From Octopus bimaculoides (lineage: Eukaryota), in the NCBI RefSeq assembly GCF_001194135.2, contig NC_068982.1, positions 55,408,851 to 55,472,850 of the forward strand: 64,000 nt of DNA, in the 5' to 3' direction. A model generated the notes under the pieces. It had not been told where the DNA came from. It was given only the letters and a program-made list of their open reading frames with translations, and made no database searches. Below are positions 61,742-64,000 of the stretch, piece by piece (position 1 is the stretch's first letter; every line of letters starts with the position of its first letter). The position numbers were made by a program, and so were the translations under genes.

Positions 61742-62137
61742 GTTGTTGTTGTTATTGTTGGCACTCCGTCGCTTACGACGTCAAGGGTTCCAGTTGATCC
61801 GATCAACGGAACAGCCTGCTCATGAAATTAAAGTGCAAGTGGCTGAGCACTCTACAGACACGTGTACCCTTAACGTAGTTCTCGGGGATATTCAGCGTGA
61901 CACAGTGTGACAAGGCTGACCCTTTGAATTACAGGCACAACAGAAACAGGAAGTAAGAGTGAGAGAAAGTTGTGGTGAGAGAGTACAGCAGAGTTCGCTT
62001 CCATCCCCTGCCGGAGCCTCGTGGAGCTTTAGGTGTTTTCGCTCAATAAACACTCACAACGCCCAGTCTGGGAATCGAAACCGCGATCCTATGACCGCGA
62101 GTCCGCTGCCCTAACCACTGGGCCATTGCGTCTCCAC
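61742..62137 (-). mobile_element. Young tRNA-derived SINE (family E) with an (AAC)n tail
   Basis: Minus-strand A box TGGCCCAGTGG and B box GGTTTCGATTCC; CpGs intact; tail gttgttgtt on the plus strand. Confidence 0.85.
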
Positions 62138-63074
62138 AGTATACTAGTATACAACCATATAATCAGGAACACACACTCTCTCATTACAGAATATGAGCAA
62201 ACCTCTTCTTCCCTGCACCTTCTTTACAAAGTACTTTCAATGTCTAACTTTTCTTCAAGCTCTTAAGTACTTGTTCTGTGCCATCCCATTTTCAAGTCTC
62301 TCCAAGCATATTTCATATTTCCAGTTCTTCCAAACCTAATTCATGTACATGCAAGCATGCATGATTTTGCAAGTTGCACTGCTTTTATCTGAGATTGTGT
62401 TGTTGTTGATGAAGATAATGATAATAATGTGATGCTGACAGTGACAAACAATGATGGCTGTGATAAGAAGAAGAATCTGAACACTTTCCAATAACAATAT
62501 GCCAACAAGTTCTTCCTTCAGGTTCAAATTACTAAAAATGACTTTCAACTATGGAGAAACCTAAGTAGACAGGCACATTAACTTGTACTGATGACACCTA
62601 AATAAACTTTTGCAAGTATATAAAGTTGTTTTGTAAGTAATGTGCAATTACTTAGCTGGTGAATTACATTAGGTTTCATAAAAAAAATCGTTTGTTAACA
62701 TGCCAAACAAACACTAACATTGAATGCAAAGAATAAAAGAAAAGCATGATGGTATGCTTTCATATTATAGCAGGTCATCCTTATCATGACTTTACAATGT
62801 GTACATAAGTTGAACAAGTCACTACAGCCCAACTCACATACAGTAACAGCAAAAAAAAAACAACTAAATTCGGTGTTCAGTTCATTATACTATACCATGT
62901 GAGAATTAAAGAGTTACCCCACTACTTTGTACCTGTTCAAAGATAAGTAATCCGTGGTGTGGTTTGCAGAGTCCACATTTCACTTTTATGTTCCATTTTT
63001 TGGCATGTTTTCTACTGGAGAAACATTAAGGTCTTCACCAATGATGAGTAAGTCCTATACTTGTCTCAAAGCTT

Positions 63075-63660
63075 AAACCATACTTGAAATTTGCATCACC
63101 AGTCTGGAACCCCTCTCTTGCTCAGGACATTGACTGCCTGGAAATTGTTCAGAGACATGCAACCAAGCGAATACCTTCCATCAGGCATCTACCATACTCT
63201 GAACACCTTGCTTCCCTGGACATAGATACATTGAAGCTCCGACGTCTGGCAACTGACTTGGTAAACATCCACAAAATTATTAACCATTGCGCCAACAACC
63301 ACCTTGGGGCTTCATGTGTCTAACACATGTGGGCATGCCTACAAAGTCAGAAAACAGCACAGCCCCCACGAGTTTCGGAAAAATTTTTTCACACTCAGAG
63401 TTACCGAAGTATGGAACAAACTACCTGCATCAGTTTTTAGTTGCCGAAACATTGCATCCTTTAAAACTTCCATGTTTCCTGAAATTCACCAACACTACAC
63501 CTGTTATCTCCCTCTCCATATGCATGTACACATGTATATCATGACTCATACACTGTTCACTTTACTGACTTTTGTACATAATTCTATGTACTGTACATGA
63601 ACTTCTGATGAGTTGTAGTGCACCTGAGCACTATACACAATAATTTCATTATTATTTATT
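63075..63660 (+). mobile_element. CR1-type LINE 3' end
   Basis: PYLKFASPVWNP....DIDCLEIVQRHATKRI...LKLRRLATDL, RKNFFTLRVTEVWNKLP; (ATT)-rich tail. Confidence 0.88.
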
Positions 63661-64000
63661 ATTATACATCCTTCTGTTTATCTCAAAAATTACATATGCT
63701 GTTAAATGAATGTTCCTATCAGCCTTATAATTTCTGTCTTCTGTTCATATGATAAGTCATTCCCTTACATCTTGTGTGCAGATATAATTGTCTCTGTATA
63801 AATATATTATACATGTGTGGGTGGCAGGAGGGAGGGATGTGTATAGAAATATGTGAATGCACACACACACAATCATCTATATCTTGCATAATTCTTCTCG
63901 TTCACTTTTTCTCTAGCTTAAGTATGCATATAAAATATAAATCTTCATCTCGCTACTATTTATCTTCCAGTATATCTCAAGAGAAATATGACGCAGAGAT

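Noticed and set aside
61990-62137. tRNA-like sequence (also heads of SINE families A and B)
   Set aside because: A and B boxes are present but continue into SINE bodies without a complete cloverleaf; these are not tRNA genes.
62336-62548. Hydrophobic minus-strand ORF as candidate first exon
   Set aside because: No SLC5 similarity; composition is driven by simple repeats. Exon 1 is probably beyond 64000.

Overview
Animal genomic DNA: AT-rich, a draft assembly with seven N-gaps, and very rich in repeats. The repeat content (RTE tails with (GAT)n, tRNA-derived SINEs with internal (TA)n/(TG)n, TTAA-flanked MITEs) resembles an Octopus-type cephalopod genome; this is an inference. One host gene crosses the whole window on the minus strand: a sodium/sugar cotransporter of the SLC5A (SGLT/SMIT) family. 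I traced 13 consecutive GT-AG coding exons (58175 to 130; 1786 nt, frame-consistent), equivalent to exons 2-14 of human SLC5A1. The first and last exons lie outside the window. The introns are filled with decayed transposons: three mariners, Tc1, maT, piggyBac, hAT, RTE, CR1 and R4/Dong LINE ends, and at least three SINE families. The most unusual observations are: (1) a 1.7 kb TSD-bounded retro-insertion encoding only a gag/ORF1-like CCHC protein (HAL1-like, no RT), nested in a mariner, with a distant relative 9 kb away; (2) a 4 kb pile-up of R4/Dong ends and about 11 SINEs in (AAT)n repeats; (3) uniform orientation of that SINE family across the window; (4) a 124 bp copy of part of host exon 4, with its splice acceptor, joined to a broken MITE in intron 2; (5) a 104 bp 28S rRNA peptidyl-transferase-centre fragment in intron 4. 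There are no prokaryotic systems and no CRISPR array.
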